This document shows, piece after piece, positions 51,801-64,000 of a stretch of 64,000 nucleotides of DNA (positions are counted from its first letter, which is position 1; every line of letters begins with the position of its first letter). The position numbers and the translations under genes were made by a program. Where the stretch lies: positions 6,076,001-6,140,000 of the forward strand of contig CM102283.1 of NCBI GenBank assembly GCA_046563655.1. Reading direction: 5' to 3'. The stretch comes from Yuukianura sp. NJ FZ-2021 (lineage: Eukaryota). The notes beneath the pieces are model-generated. The model saw nothing but the letters and a program-made list of their open reading frames with translations. It was not told where the DNA came from and ran no database searches.

Positions 51801-54800
51801 TCAGTTGCTCGTGTCCACACGGTACGCTTGGGAAGCTTTGTGAAATCAATGTCAACGACTGTTTTCATGGAGCATGTTTTCACGGTAAGCAAGTTTGAAT
51901 ATTTTAATTTAACAAAAAGTTAAGAATTTCTTAAGCTCAAGATTTTAATTTCCATTTTAGGTGGGACATGCGTGGACAAGGTCGGAGGCTACGACTGTCA
52001 CTGCATGCCGGGATATGTTGGACAGGTAATCTACTAATTCAAATGACATCAGTTTGTTCTGATCAGTTTGTTTTTTGAAAAATCAAAATTTTGAAATATT
52101 TCAAAACAAATTTCGGTTTGCAGAAATGCGAAGGAGACGTTAATGAATGTTTGTCGGAACCTTGTCATGCTCTTGGTGTGTCGACGCAAGCCTGTGTCCA
52201 ACTCGTAAACGACTATAGGTGTGACTGCCTACCGGGATGGTCAGGACGAAGGTATTTTATTATCATTAAATTTAAATATACTTAATAATTTACAATATAA
52301 CAATCATTATGTTTTTTGAAACGTAGATGCGAACGGCAAGTTGAACTATGTCACACAAATCCATGTGAAAACGGTGGCGTGTGCAGTATTCGATCTGTCG
52401 ACATTGGGAGTAGACGCGGAGTTGAAACGCAAGTCTGCTCATGTGCAACAGGCTACTATGGTGAATTCTGCCAACATTGGTCACCTTGTCACGAGAGCCT
52501 CAATCCATGCAAGTTTGGAGGAACTTGTCGCCTCACTCCTGGAAACAACTACATTTGCGAATGTCCAAGAGTAAGCTTTTCTCAAAATTCTTAAAAAAAA
52601 GTTTTCAAAATCTGAAAAAATTTACAAGCATTTTGAACTTTCTAGGGTACGGAAGGCAAAATGTGCGAAATTGACAGGCGTACTGATTGCTCACTTCAAC
52701 CTTGTCTAAATCACGGAAGCTGCAAACAAACTGCCACTGGATACGCATGTACTTGCCAAGGATATCACGGAAAGAATTGCGAATTTCCCGGGGCGGATTC
52801 GAAATTGAACCACATCTACGTTAACGTAAGCATTTTGAAAAATATCAAATGAAAAGTATAAAATACTTTGAAATTTCGAAAATTTTGAATTTTGAATATT
52901 CGAAAAATTCTAGACCTCACTCCAGCAAGACCATCGTCACATGCTACTGGACCTTGAAGAGGCACGGCGAAAGTGCAAACGTGACAACTGTGCCGCAAAA
53001 GCTGGAAACCTCCATTGTGACGAAGAGTGTAACAAGTACGCATGTGACTTTGATGGACAAGACTGCTCACTCGGAATCAATCCATGGCGGAACTGCAGCG
53101 TTCCTAGATGCTGGGAACGATTTGGTGACAAAGTTTGCAACCCCGAGTGCAATACTGTCGAATGCTTGTTTGATGGCCGTGACTGTGAGAAGCGCCTCAA
53201 GAAATGTAATCCCGTCGACAACAATTTCTGCGAAAGACACTACGGAGACGGATCATGTGACCAGGGCTGTAACAATGAAGAATGTGACTGGGACGGAATG
53301 GACTGCGAAACACAGCCACCAGCACTCGCCTCCGGCATTATGTCCGTGGTCGTACGAAATACCGATGTCCAGACGTTCCTAAACAGCAGAGCCCTTTTCC
53401 TCAGATACCTCGGACACCAACTCCGAGCGACATTCAGAATTAAGCAAAGTTCTTTGGGGAATCCAATGGTGTTCCCTTGGGATCCTTCAGTTGACCCAGC
53501 AGCGACCATGTACGATGGCTCTGATCCGTCACAAGTCTTCTCCAGTTCAGCCAATGGAGTCCTCGTTTTTCTGGAACTGGACAACCGAAAATGTTCTGGA
53601 GTCAATGGATCCAACTGTTTTGCAACGGCTATCGAAGCAGCCGAATTTCTAGCTGCTTCGGCTGCTAGACATTCTCTGGACTCGGAGTTTGACATTTACC
53701 AAGTTCGTGGAATTTCTGGAAGTTTGCCGCCTGGAGACGCTGGAGACAAACCATCATGGTTGTCCTATGTGCTCTTCAGTGCTTTTGCTGTCATCATGAT
53801 TGGATTGGTTATAGGAGTGATTTTTTCACAAAAACGAAAAGCAAAAGGAATTACATGGTTTCCAGACGGATTCCGACGACATGCGACTGCGTCGTCGCAT
53901 CATCGCAGGTCACGGCGACATGGGCCAGGTATTAACAAATTAAAGAATTTTTCTAACAATTTAATCTTCTCAATTTGAAATTATGTAATGTAATTTTAAA
54001 AAAAAATTTCAGATGGCCAAGAAATGCGAAATCTTGGTGCCAAAGGTCACCCACTCGACTTGGACTTGGATTCTGGAACTAGTGGAATTGCTATGAGTCT
54101 TGGTTATGACGGAATATTGACGGATGTGACGTCACAGTGTTCTGACGACTCCGATCGACCACCAAGCAAACGTCTGCGTTCAGACGCAGGTTACCAGTCT
54201 GACCACACGCTGTACACCGACTATGACGAAATACCGGACAACCGTCAATGGACTCAACAGCACTTGGAAGCCGCTGATATCCGGCATCCTCATCCTGACA
54301 TCCTCGCTCTCACGCCTCCTGAAAATCATCTTCGTTCGACCTTTGACCCAGACGTCAAGGGCCCCTGTGGACTCACTCCTCTAATGGTGGCTTCAATTCG
54401 AGGTGGTGGGCAATGTGCATCAGACGACTTGGATGGAATGGATGACGGCACGGGAGCCACCATTGCTGAATTGGTGGCTCAAGGAGCACAAGTCAACGCT
54501 CGAATGGACAAGACTGGAGAGACATGTTTACATTTGGCGGCACGATATGCTCGGGCTGATGCTGCCAAACGATTGCTTGATTTTGGAGCGGATGCAAATG
54601 CACCGGATGTGACTGGCAGAACGCCGTTGCATACAGCAATTGCAGCGGATGCTATGGGAGTGTTTCAAATTTTGCTAAGAAATCGCGCCACAAATTTGAA
54701 TGCTAGAATGAACGACGGAACGACGCCGTTGATACTGTCAGCTCGTTATCAAATGGAGGGAATGCTAGAACATCTCATCACGGCTCAATGCGACGTCAAT

Positions 54801-56346
54801 GCTGCTGACAACAATGGAAAAACGGCGCTTCATGTAAGGATTTTCAAAAAAGAAATGGAAAGAACATTTTTGAAAGTTTAAAACTGAAATTTCAATTTTG
54901 TGATTCGTTTTGTAGTGGGCTGCTGCAGTTGACAGTGCCGATGGCGTCCAACTTTTGTTGACTCACGGAGCCAACCGAGACGCTCAGAACGAGCGTGACG
55001 AAACGCCGTTGTTTCTTGCCGCTCGAGAAGGAAGCTACCGACTCTGCAAAATTCTGCTGGACAACCACGCTAACCGTGATATCTCCGATCACATGGATCG
55101 CTTACCCCGTGACATTGCCCATGAGCGCTACCATCACGATATTGTCCGCTTGCTTGAAGAGCATGTCCCACGGCCTTCAAATTCAAACCAAATCCACCAA
55201 CCACAAGCCATTCAACATCAGCAGTCCAATACTCAAGGTTTCTCGGGCCAAGCTGCTGCCCAATCAGCGTTGCCGCCACAACCTAAACCAAAGAAACGCA
55301 CTTCCAAACCAGCAATCGATAAGCCAGAAAGTGATACTGGCAGTGGAATGATGGTGCCCAGGACACCACGCAAGTCCGCTTCTTCTAGGAAGAAGAAATC
55401 TGGAGATTCTTTGGTCAGCAGTGGCGGATCTCCAGCTTCGTCGACCACAACGGACCAAAATTCAATGAGTCCTCCAGACCAATATGGCCATCATGGATCA
55501 CTCTGTCCAACAATGTACCCCATTCCACAAAACTCTATGGCAATCTCACAACCTAACCTTAATTCCCATGACATCATGGGTCAAGGTCACCATAACCCGG
55601 CATATCTCACGTTAACTCAAAATACAAAAGCACCGCCATCTTACGAAGACTCTTTCAACAACAAAGCCATGTCGTTCCATAGCCTCCATTTTTCAAATCA
55701 AAATCCATATGGATCTCAACAGCAACAACCAATCCACCATCAATACTCCCCGTCATACCCAAGTCCACCACAGTCATCTCAATTTACCCCGTCTCCATCC
55801 GGAATGACCTACGTCGGCTCCCCACCCGCCGCACCACCACCCCCTACCACCAATTCACCCAATAAGAGACCTTGTCTCCCCACATCTCCAACACACATGG
55901 CTGCCATGCGCGCAGCAACTCAAGCCAAACATGGTAGTCAACTGCTCAACACCACAACGGCCTTTGACTACCCCCCACCATCCGTTCTCAGTCAATCCTC
56001 CCCCATGTCCGGCACTTCCAGTCATACTGTATACTACAACCAAAGTAACAATACAATTTCCCCCCACTACCCCACACCCCCCTCCCACCACTCTTCTGAA
56101 GGTCATCCAAGTCCACATTCAATCCAGTCTCTACATGCCTTCTCAGAGAACTGTCCCACTCCAGAGTCACCGCAGTGGGTAGGAGAGTCGCCTGGACAAT
56201 GGTCGCCCAATTCGCCCCATTCGACGTCAGAGTGGTCAGCTGACTCACCTCCATCAACCACGAGCATGCGCTATGGAACCACACTTAATGCTATGCAAAT
56301 GGCCTATGCGAACAGTGCACATGCAACGGAAGGTGTGTTCATTTAA
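33877..56346 (+). CDS. N: Notch receptor, full length
   Basis: Signal-peptide exon 33877-33976 splices in frame to 36067-36148, 40196-40681, 42280-42413, 44791 and onward. Manual splicing gives 36 EGF repeats, 3 LNR, NOD/NODP, TM ([22 protein letters not shown]), RAM (ITWFPDGF), ankyrin repeats and a C-terminal PEST (YPTPPS, PESPQW...[17 protein letters not shown]). About 32 coding exons. Confidence 0.97.
34445..34653. repeat. Diverged duplication (2 x about 95 bp, period about 110 bp) in Notch intron 1
   Basis: tggaa.ttcacct...gattttcatta.ctgaaa...aatgattcaga...tgacctttgacctt occurs twice. Confidence 0.7.
42162..42214. repeat. Three homopolymeric C tracts (10-11 nt each)
   Basis: C runs at 42162-42171, 42182-42192 and 42204-42214, just upstream of Notch exon 4. 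Confidence 0.9.
44619..44697. repeat. Short tandem repeat, about 30-bp unit, 2.5-3 copies
   Basis: gggatgaaaa(a)t occurs three times at about 30-bp spacing in a Notch intron. Confidence 0.7.
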
Positions 56347-57148
56347 AAAAGTTCAAATGTCTAGCCCCACCCATTTAATATTTTTAAATTCAATTGTAAT
56401 TGTTTATAAAATCGTAGTAAATAATGCCAACGTAGTGACTTCTTAAGCAAATTCTTTAGTAAGGTAGATAGATGTTTTTAAAAGGTAAAAATTATAAGAA
56501 GCATTTTCAACCTAAGATTAGTGAATCTATTGTTGCGACATTTTCAAATCGCTGTTATATTGATAATTAAGTTAATTAAGATGACGTTTATATGTCTTTC
56601 AACTAAATATCTATGAAGTTTGTTCAAATTGGTTGAAGAAATGTTAAGTAATGTACTAGTTTTGAAACAAGCCCGAGTATCAAGGTAAAAATTGTAAAGA
56701 ATAAACAAATTAATTCGTTTAGAATAAAATTGAAAACGTTATTTTAAACTTAAGTAATACCACGTGTGTGTACAAGCACATAGTACGTACTCTTAATTCT
56801 AAAGCAAAGTTGTTAAGCAGCCTTGCTGCCTTAAAACTTTCATCTCGATAAGAGTACAACGCTATACGCTACGTACTAAAAAGTGTGAAGCATAACTTAA
56901 GTTTCTTTTTTGTTAAATTCTTGCAATTTTTAAAATCTCAATTTGTGTTGTGTTTTGTGTCTTCTCTTGCGGTTGCGGGAAGAGGACAAGGAGGGATGTC
57001 GTCTTCGTCTTCCTTTGTGTTCCTTTTTAACTGGAGTGGAATGTTATTATACTGAATTTCAATTTTAGTAAATCACTAACCGATTTATTTAGTTTTTTAC
57101 TACACATATGGTTGCTGCACTACACTTAATCTGAGAAGTTACGGGAAA

Positions 57149-58742
57149 ATGGATTTTCGGGGAATTCAGTACACTACTGCTGGTGGTACAGAAGCTCCAA
57201 ACATTTCCGGCATTATTGGAAGTCACTTTATCGTACCGGAAGGCCGCGATGGAGTAGTCGCACTCCCAATCGTGAAGTTGAATCCTAAACAATGTAAATC
57301 TAAGGGTAAGATGAATCGATTAGGCGAATTACTGGAATGTAAAAGTTAATGTTAATTATTATTAATAACTGATGATATCTTATTTGATTTTATTTAAAAA
57401 GGTATTACAAACACAAAAGCTATCAAGTGGAGTCTATTGGAGGACGACTATATCACGTCGATGCTCGTAAAGTATCCCGAGCTAAGGAAGAGAAACGCAA
57501 GTGGTAGGGAGTCAAGAGAAAACTTATGGAGCGACATTTTGAGGGGCAACCCAGTCGTGTTTGGACCGGATAAAACGGGTATGACAGAAAAGTCCAGTTT
57601 CAGTTTCTAATTCTAACCTTATTCAAAATCAATAAGATTGCTCATGCTTTATATTGCTTATGTTTTTGTAGCGGAACAGATTCAATTGAGGGCACTTGAC
57701 CTCATCCCACTAGCAGTTGGAAGATGGCGATCCGAAGATATTGAAACGCTTATACGACATTTTAAGGAGAATCCATTCTTATGGGACTCGTCCCATACTT
57801 CCTACAGAGATGGGGCTTTGAAGCATAGCTCGCTTGAAACACTGAACCGCAAGCTTGGTTACCGAAAATCAGGTACGGCAGATATTGTGAAAAAAAAAAG
57901 TCAAAGTCAAGTTATCTTTAATGCTTCGTTGTGTTTTTATGCAGTCGATGAAATATTAAGCAAGTTTCGTAACCTGAGAACAGCATTTGTCCAACGAGCC
58001 AAGAACAAGAAGAGTCTGAAAAATTCTTATGGGAAACCCTGGGCGTTTTATGACGGATTGTCGTTTCTCTCGAAATGTTCCTCGAATTCGTCGGACAAAT
58101 CAACCAAAATAAACAGCGAGGTAACGCATAACTTTCCAACCATTGTGAAAATGTAGTATTTAAAAACAGATCCTGCGAAGTGCTAAATATGCTGCTCTTA
58201 CAATTCAGGAGGTTGATGCAACCCAATTTCTTCCGCCGTGCAATAACGTAGAAAGCGGCAAAGACTTATCATTAGTCAAGCTGGAGGAATCTCCTTCGTT
58301 TTACCAATTACTTACGCCAACCTGCGACCTTGAGTCATCCCAATCACCCCCAAAGATCGAGAATTGTTCGACAGCTGCTGTTACTGCCACTGTTTCTTCG
58401 CGTGTAAACTACTTCAAGCGGAAACGAACTTCTAGAAGGACAGATCTTCCCATTGACTTGTCCAGACGCAAGAAGAAGAAGAAGAAAGACAATGAACACA
58501 AGAAGAAGAAGGAAACGTCCGAACGCGAACCATTTCGCGAACGTCACGCAGCTACTAACACTTCTCCAGCTTCTGATCAAAACGGTAGGCCTGATGCACT
58601 GCAAAGCTTTTGCACAAACGTCATTGAAATACTTCGTAAGTTTACGGAAACAAATCAGGAATTTGTGAAAGCGCAGATCCAATCAGTTTTAGCTGTTTGC
58701 CTAGAAAAGCAGTCAAATGGAGAGAAAATCACAGCTCCATGA
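57149..58742 (+). CDS. MADF (Myb/SANT-like) domain protein with C-terminal BESS-like helix
   Basis: Five exons splice in frame. MADF signature WRSEDIETLIRHFKENPFLWD...YRD...KFRNLRTAF...PWAFYDGLSFL. Basic NLS RRKKKKK. BESS-like DALQSFCTNVIEILRKF...VKAQIQSVL. Confidence 0.75.
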
Positions 58743-58903
58743 TATTGCTTCGTACATTCAGCAAAACTTGTTTGTATTTTTCGTTTTTTGAACGTTATTC
58801 CTCGATTTCACTAATTTACGTTCCCTTTTTTTTTTTTAGAAATTAAACGTACCAGCTTGTAGCTCTTTTGTATGTTCGTGTTTATCTGGAGAGTTCACGT
58901 GTT

Positions 58904-61006
58904 TTATTCGAAACGAACATTTGGGGGCTTCTGAATGGAGGTCATGACGAAGTTCGTCACGACTTCGAGCTCCTCCGATCCATCGATGTACATCATGTTT
59001 GACCCTGTACAATTCAAGAGTCATTGAATATCGTTTTTTGCTCAACGTTCTGTTAACGTTTTACTATCAGTAACTTCTCAAAGGAATTAGCACAATTGGC
59101 GCTTTGACCTTACCGTAATGACGAATGACTCCAGGCAGATTTTGGTTGTAAAAGTCAAATCGTGCGTTAATCGCTGGGAGGAAACGGAAACGTAAAATTG
59201 ATTAAGGTTTTTAACTATAATTTTCATTTAAAATTGAATCTTTGAGCTGTAGGTATATTTTACCTTCTGGTGAGTAAGGATTCTGACTGAACGATTCCTT
59301 TCCTTCCATTCCCGTCTCTCCATCATCAGGCTCAGCTTCCAATACACTTGGATTTCTGTAGAAGATTGGGTGGTTTGGTGTCCGACGATTCATGATCTCC
59401 GTCTTCTTCTGATCAATTCTCTGACGACTGGTTTCCACTGGACAGGAAACGAGGAACACACGATTCGGTGTCAAAGCGACTTTGTCCAAAACGGTAGCCT
59501 GATTTGCCGTTTCGGGAAATCCGTACATCACAAAACCTCTCTTCATGCAGTCGTCACGGTAGAGTCGTCGCTTGAAAGTGAGTACAGAAAATATCATGCT
59601 AACTCTAGTTAAAGCTAGGTTAAAATCATTGCTAATTTTTGTTTTCTCAACATTTGCCGTTGCCACTGACCTGGAGGAGAGCAGTTACACATTCGTCGGA
59701 AAGCGGTGTTAAGTTGTCCAAGTACATTTTACATTCATCCGAATGTTCACCTTGAGTCGACGCTTCTCCCCGAATAATATCAATCCAGCTGAACGCTGGA
59801 ACTCTGTACTTGGATGCTACTTTCTCAGCTAAAGTTCGCTTCCCGGAGGCTGGTGGTCCAATGAACAGAATTCTTGGAATCCAAGGTGCTCCCGTACTGG
59901 GTTTTGTAACAAGAACTCCGAGGAATTCGGCTTCAAGGTCATGTGGGTCACTCTGCATCCAGTTGTCGTAGCCTTGGACTCGAAGTGTTTCTGGACCGTA
60001 AGCACTTGCAGTATCTTTCATCCGGAAGTACTCTTCCCACTTGAGTAATTCCGCAGGAGTGTACTGGATCTTCAGTTTTTCTGGAGCGAAGATGTCAGTG
60101 AATTGGGCTGAATTGGCAGTACCAGGCGGTTGACTCTTTGCAGTGCCAGGTAGACTCTTTGTGGAAGGCCGACTTGTGTCTGGAGACGGTGGTGGTGGTC
60201 CTTCCGGCATTAGGACAAATACTTGATTAGGAATCAAACCCATGGACTGGGCCATCAGTGCTTGAGTCCGGGATTGCGGGAAACCTAATTTGAAAAAACA
60301 AATGGCCGAATCAGAAACAATAATGTTAAAGTTTTGGTTTGTATATTTTATACCGTATAAAACGTAGCCGCTCTTGATACAGTCGGGTGCAACAAGACGC
60401 CGAGCTGGAAGTTAGTTAGTCGTTAGATTAAGATATGTTACCATTTCATATGCAATTATTAATACAATGTCAATTTTTACCAATTGTAGCAATGAGCAAC
60501 TTTTGGAGATGCGGGTCATCCGAATCTTCGCCGCGGGCAAAACATGCAAGATGAACCCTGATATCTGGAGTTGTACTTTGAATTATCGATTTCACTGAGA
60601 AGAATTTGGCCCCACAGTGGTTCGAGATTCCTTCTGCCAGAAGTGGAGTCACTAAAATCCAGTAAATTCAATATTATGAAACCAAACTTATTAATTACTT
60701 TTGAATTTTAGTTCTTACATGGCTCAGGTCCGAGCATAAAAACTTTAGGAGCATAAATTCCCTTGCCAATTCGTTTGATTTCGTCCTTGATGTACTGCAC
60801 TGGGTCATCCGGCCTGGAAGAAAATCAGATTAGTAACCTTTGACCTCCGAATTAGAGCTGAACGTCCGGCAAAAATGTTGTGATAATTACCTCCAGATTG
60901 CCAATTCCTTCATCAATGCTTGGAAAACGTCATGAATTCCATGCTGCTCAGCATAGACGTAGAATTTCTTGTTCCAGGTCAAGGGACGCTTTACAGGGTC
61001 ACACAT
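58904..61006 (-). CDS. AK8: Adenylate kinase 8-like (tandem AK domains, axonemal type)
   Basis: ATG at 61006: MCDPVKRPL...YAEQHGIHDVFQALMKELAIWR|PDDPVQYI, an AK8-type N-terminal docking-like helix pair. Domain 1 has GYVLY|GFPQSRTQAL. Domain 2 has ILFIGPPASGKRTLA and GFVMYGFPETANQA. The last exon ends MYIDGSEELEVVTNFVMTSIQKPPNVRFE-TAA. Confidence 0.8.
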
Positions 61007-61628
61007 CTTGAACGGAATGCCAAAAACGCTGTCTTCAGTAATGCCGTGAAAACCCTTTTAGCAGCTCAGTTGGTTGCTCGTTCTCCGCCAGGCAGAGAGG
61101 TCAATGACCTTTGCTTTGCTTGTTCTTTTTCAACTAAACAGCTCAATTTAGCAAAAACAATTTGATTTACGCTTTGTGCTATGACGACATCTCAAAATTG
61201 ATACTCGGCAGTTTCTTCCCTCGATTTTGACATAATCTATGGCTTGTGCAGGAAATATCGATGTCCATAATTGGATGTGTCAAGATGAGAGGTGGCGTAT
61301 TCCACACAAGGAAACCGTTACTGTCACCCGCAGCTGATATCGGAATAATTGGACAGTATGATTTCTACTTGACGTTGACACATCGGTTCGGTAATGTCAA
61401 TGTTGTATTTGGAACCTCAAACGTCAGACGTATTCAAGCTCTAAACAATACTGAGGTAAGAAATCGAAATCATACATTTTTTTAATTAAATTGTTTCAAA
61501 GTTTCTCATCCAATCGTAATTCTAAACCTACTTATTTCTTATTTAGGAATTTGTGGCATCGGTTTAACGTAAGCGTTGGTTCTAAGCTACGTTAGCCTAT
61601 CGGATTGTCGAACGACAACATTCCAAAC

Positions 61629-63706
61629 ATGGAAGACCTTGAAGCCCAGATTGTTCAACTTCACGCTGCTCTGGAAGTAGCGGAGGAAGAAGACAAGGCC
61701 GGAATCCTTACTATTATTCAGGATTTACAAACACTTATTTCCAGTATTCAAAACGAAGGACTAGCTGTAAATGATGACTCCGCTTCATCGACACTGCCGA
61801 AACCCGACCGGGATCCCGATGAAGAATTTCTGCGATTTCAAGTACGGAGTTTATCAGAGTTTCAATTTCTTATCATCAATTTAGTCTGGATTTTTCTTAT
61901 TTTCTTTTAATTTGCAAGGAAGAGCTCAAGAGTCTGGAATCGGGGACTACTGAAACAGATACCATTGGACAGGAAACGAAACTGTTGGTAGAAGCAGAAA
62001 CTAGTTCAAGTAGTACCACTGATCCTAGCATAAATGTAAGCACATCACCACCATACATGTGAATTCTCTTATTTCTGGAGGTTAATTTACGATTAGGTTT
62101 GATTTTTTTGATTTAGGAAGACCTAGATGCACTAGTGGGCATGTCATGCAAGGCGCCGTTCATGGTGCAGTGGGGACAAATTGGTTACTATAATGCCGTT
62201 GTCTTTTCAGTCGAACCTCTGAATCAAGGTATGGACGATTCACGTTATCCAAATCGGATGTTGTCTGCATGATCCCTTTGTTTCCTTTCACAGATTCTGA
62301 AGATGGGGATTCAATCAACGTCCGAGTCGTTTTTACTCAGCCACTCTCTGTGAAGATGCGAACATGCCCTTATTTCTTGTCCGGATCATGTCGGTTCGAA
62401 AGCGATTGCAAATTCTCACACGGTCAAATAGTGCCACTCTCTCATCTAAAGGATTACAAGTAAGCTTTTTAAATCAATTACTCTTAGTTATCAATCATAA
62501 AGTTAGTGAATGTTCTATTATACTACTATTCAAGTGGTTTTGGTCGTCTACAGAGAACCAGATTTCTCCACCCTTGCTAAAGGATCTCGTGTTTTAGCAA
62601 AGTATTCTGACGATCTTTGGTACCATGCAATCATTTCAAGTAAGCATCTGCATCACTTCCCATTACTTGATTAGTCTAAACTTAAACATCAAAATCACAA
62701 ATAAACTCAATAAAATCTTGCTTTTGACCCCCAAGGTATAACAGATTCCGGCCAGTGTGAGTTGACATACGAAAACTATGGAGAGGAAGCTACCATTCCG
62801 CTCCATGATACCCTTCCACTACACGAGGATAAAGATGGAGACGAAGGCGACATCGGAAGCAGTTCAAGTGAACTCAGTGATTGCTCTGACACTGAAGATA
62901 GCAGTAGTTGCCCAACAGCCGACGAAGCTCCGATTGTCTGGGTTCACATGAAAGGCACTTCGGCTCTTGGTGTGTGGGAACAGTATACAAGGGTAACACT
63001 TCCACAACTCTACATTTTTAACTCCTATGACTAGACAAAAAAACTTAAAAAAAAAACTTAATTAACAGTGCAATTAACTTATTTCTAGGGAATTGGATCC
63101 AAACTCATGGCAAAGATGGGATACGTCTTTGGCAGTGGCCTAGGAAAGAACGGGGAAGGGCGTGTAGAGCCTGTTGACGCCGTGATTATTCCAGCCGGAA
63201 GGTCATTGGACACAATCATGCACTTGAAAGAAAAAGCCGGCGGGGCAGGCAGTAACCTCTTCAGTGCTGAAAGGCACTTGAAGCGACTCCAGAAACGGAA
63301 GAAGGAACAAGATGCTAAGCTGGAGTCTAAAGAAAAGCAATCTCAGTCCATGTTTAATTTTCTCAACGATCGACTCAACACTTTATCCAAAGACAAGAAC
63401 CACAGACATCATCATCGTCGCGTAACCGAAACAGTAGTCAGTGCAGCTCCACACAAAGAGTCTGAAACGTCACTCAACAAGCAACTACTGTCAGTGACTG
63501 AGAGGATACGGCAAGTCCTTCGAGAAAAAGCCAAGTGCCAACAGAGTCTGAAGCGACATGAGGGGAGAGACCAGACGACGGTTGACAGAATCAATGAAAA
63601 GTTGACATATTTGGACACTCAATTCGCAGAACTGAAGAGGAGCGAAGAAAAGATCAACAATGAGCAGCAACACCGAAGTGACAAAAAGAAACTAACTATA
63701 TTCTAA
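61629..63706 (+). CDS. ZGPAT: Zinc finger CCCH-type with G-patch domain protein
   Basis: N-terminal helix MEDLEAQIVQLHAALE, CCCH finger CPYFLSGSCRFESDCKFSHG, Tudor-like segment (VLAKYSDDLWYHAII), G-patch WEQYTR|GIGSKLMAKMGYVFGSGLGKNGEGRVEPV, and C-terminal KKKLTIF. Confidence 0.93.
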
Positions 63707-64000
63707 CTTACTATTAAGTTAATGATAACCTAAGCCGTTAAATTATCAATTACAGTAGAGCCTCTCATTGCGCAACATGCTCTGATTGGTCGGTTTGCAT
63801 AGGCATAAGCCACCGTACGGCATCAAATTCTAACACGCGACAATGGACCACCGAAAGATTCGTTTTGTTTACAAGTAAATGCCCTCCAAGAATTTAAATT
63901 TTACGGTAACGCATCCTTAGCAGAGGCGGAGCTAAAAGTTGCGCAATGAGAGGTTCTACCGTAACTATGATTTTTTTTAATATAACTTCTTCCGAAATAA

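Overview
Gene-dense, AT-rich eukaryotic window from an animal genome with short GT-AG introns. It is most likely an arthropod or hexapod, inferred from the Torso-like RTK, Bari homeobox, MADF-BESS gene and TCAGT-type initiators. No prokaryotic features, rRNA, CRISPR arrays or autonomous transposons were seen. Genes reconstructed by manual splicing, in order: a possible last exon of an upstream gene (+), Torso/Ret-like receptor tyrosine kinase (-), divergent kinesin-associated protein KAP3 (-), malectin (-), RabGAP1/GAPCenA (-), a secreted Gly/Tyr/Ala-rich protein (+), PEBP (-), two tandem Cys/Pro-rich small genes (-), a Bari-type NKL homeobox gene (+), a complete 36-EGF Notch of about 32 coding exons (+), a MADF/BESS-like gene (+), adenylate kinase 8-like (-) and ZGPAT (+). 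The most unusual element is the Cys/Pro-rich pair at 28.7-30.9 kb, which the ORF track shows only as fragments. Each copy needs a 4-nt micro-exon to stay in frame. Both keep nuclear-receptor IR1/DR elements, a Su(H)-type site and a 3'UTR K-box-type site at equivalent positions although the surrounding introns have diverged. Gene identities rest on motifs recognised from memory; no database searches were run.
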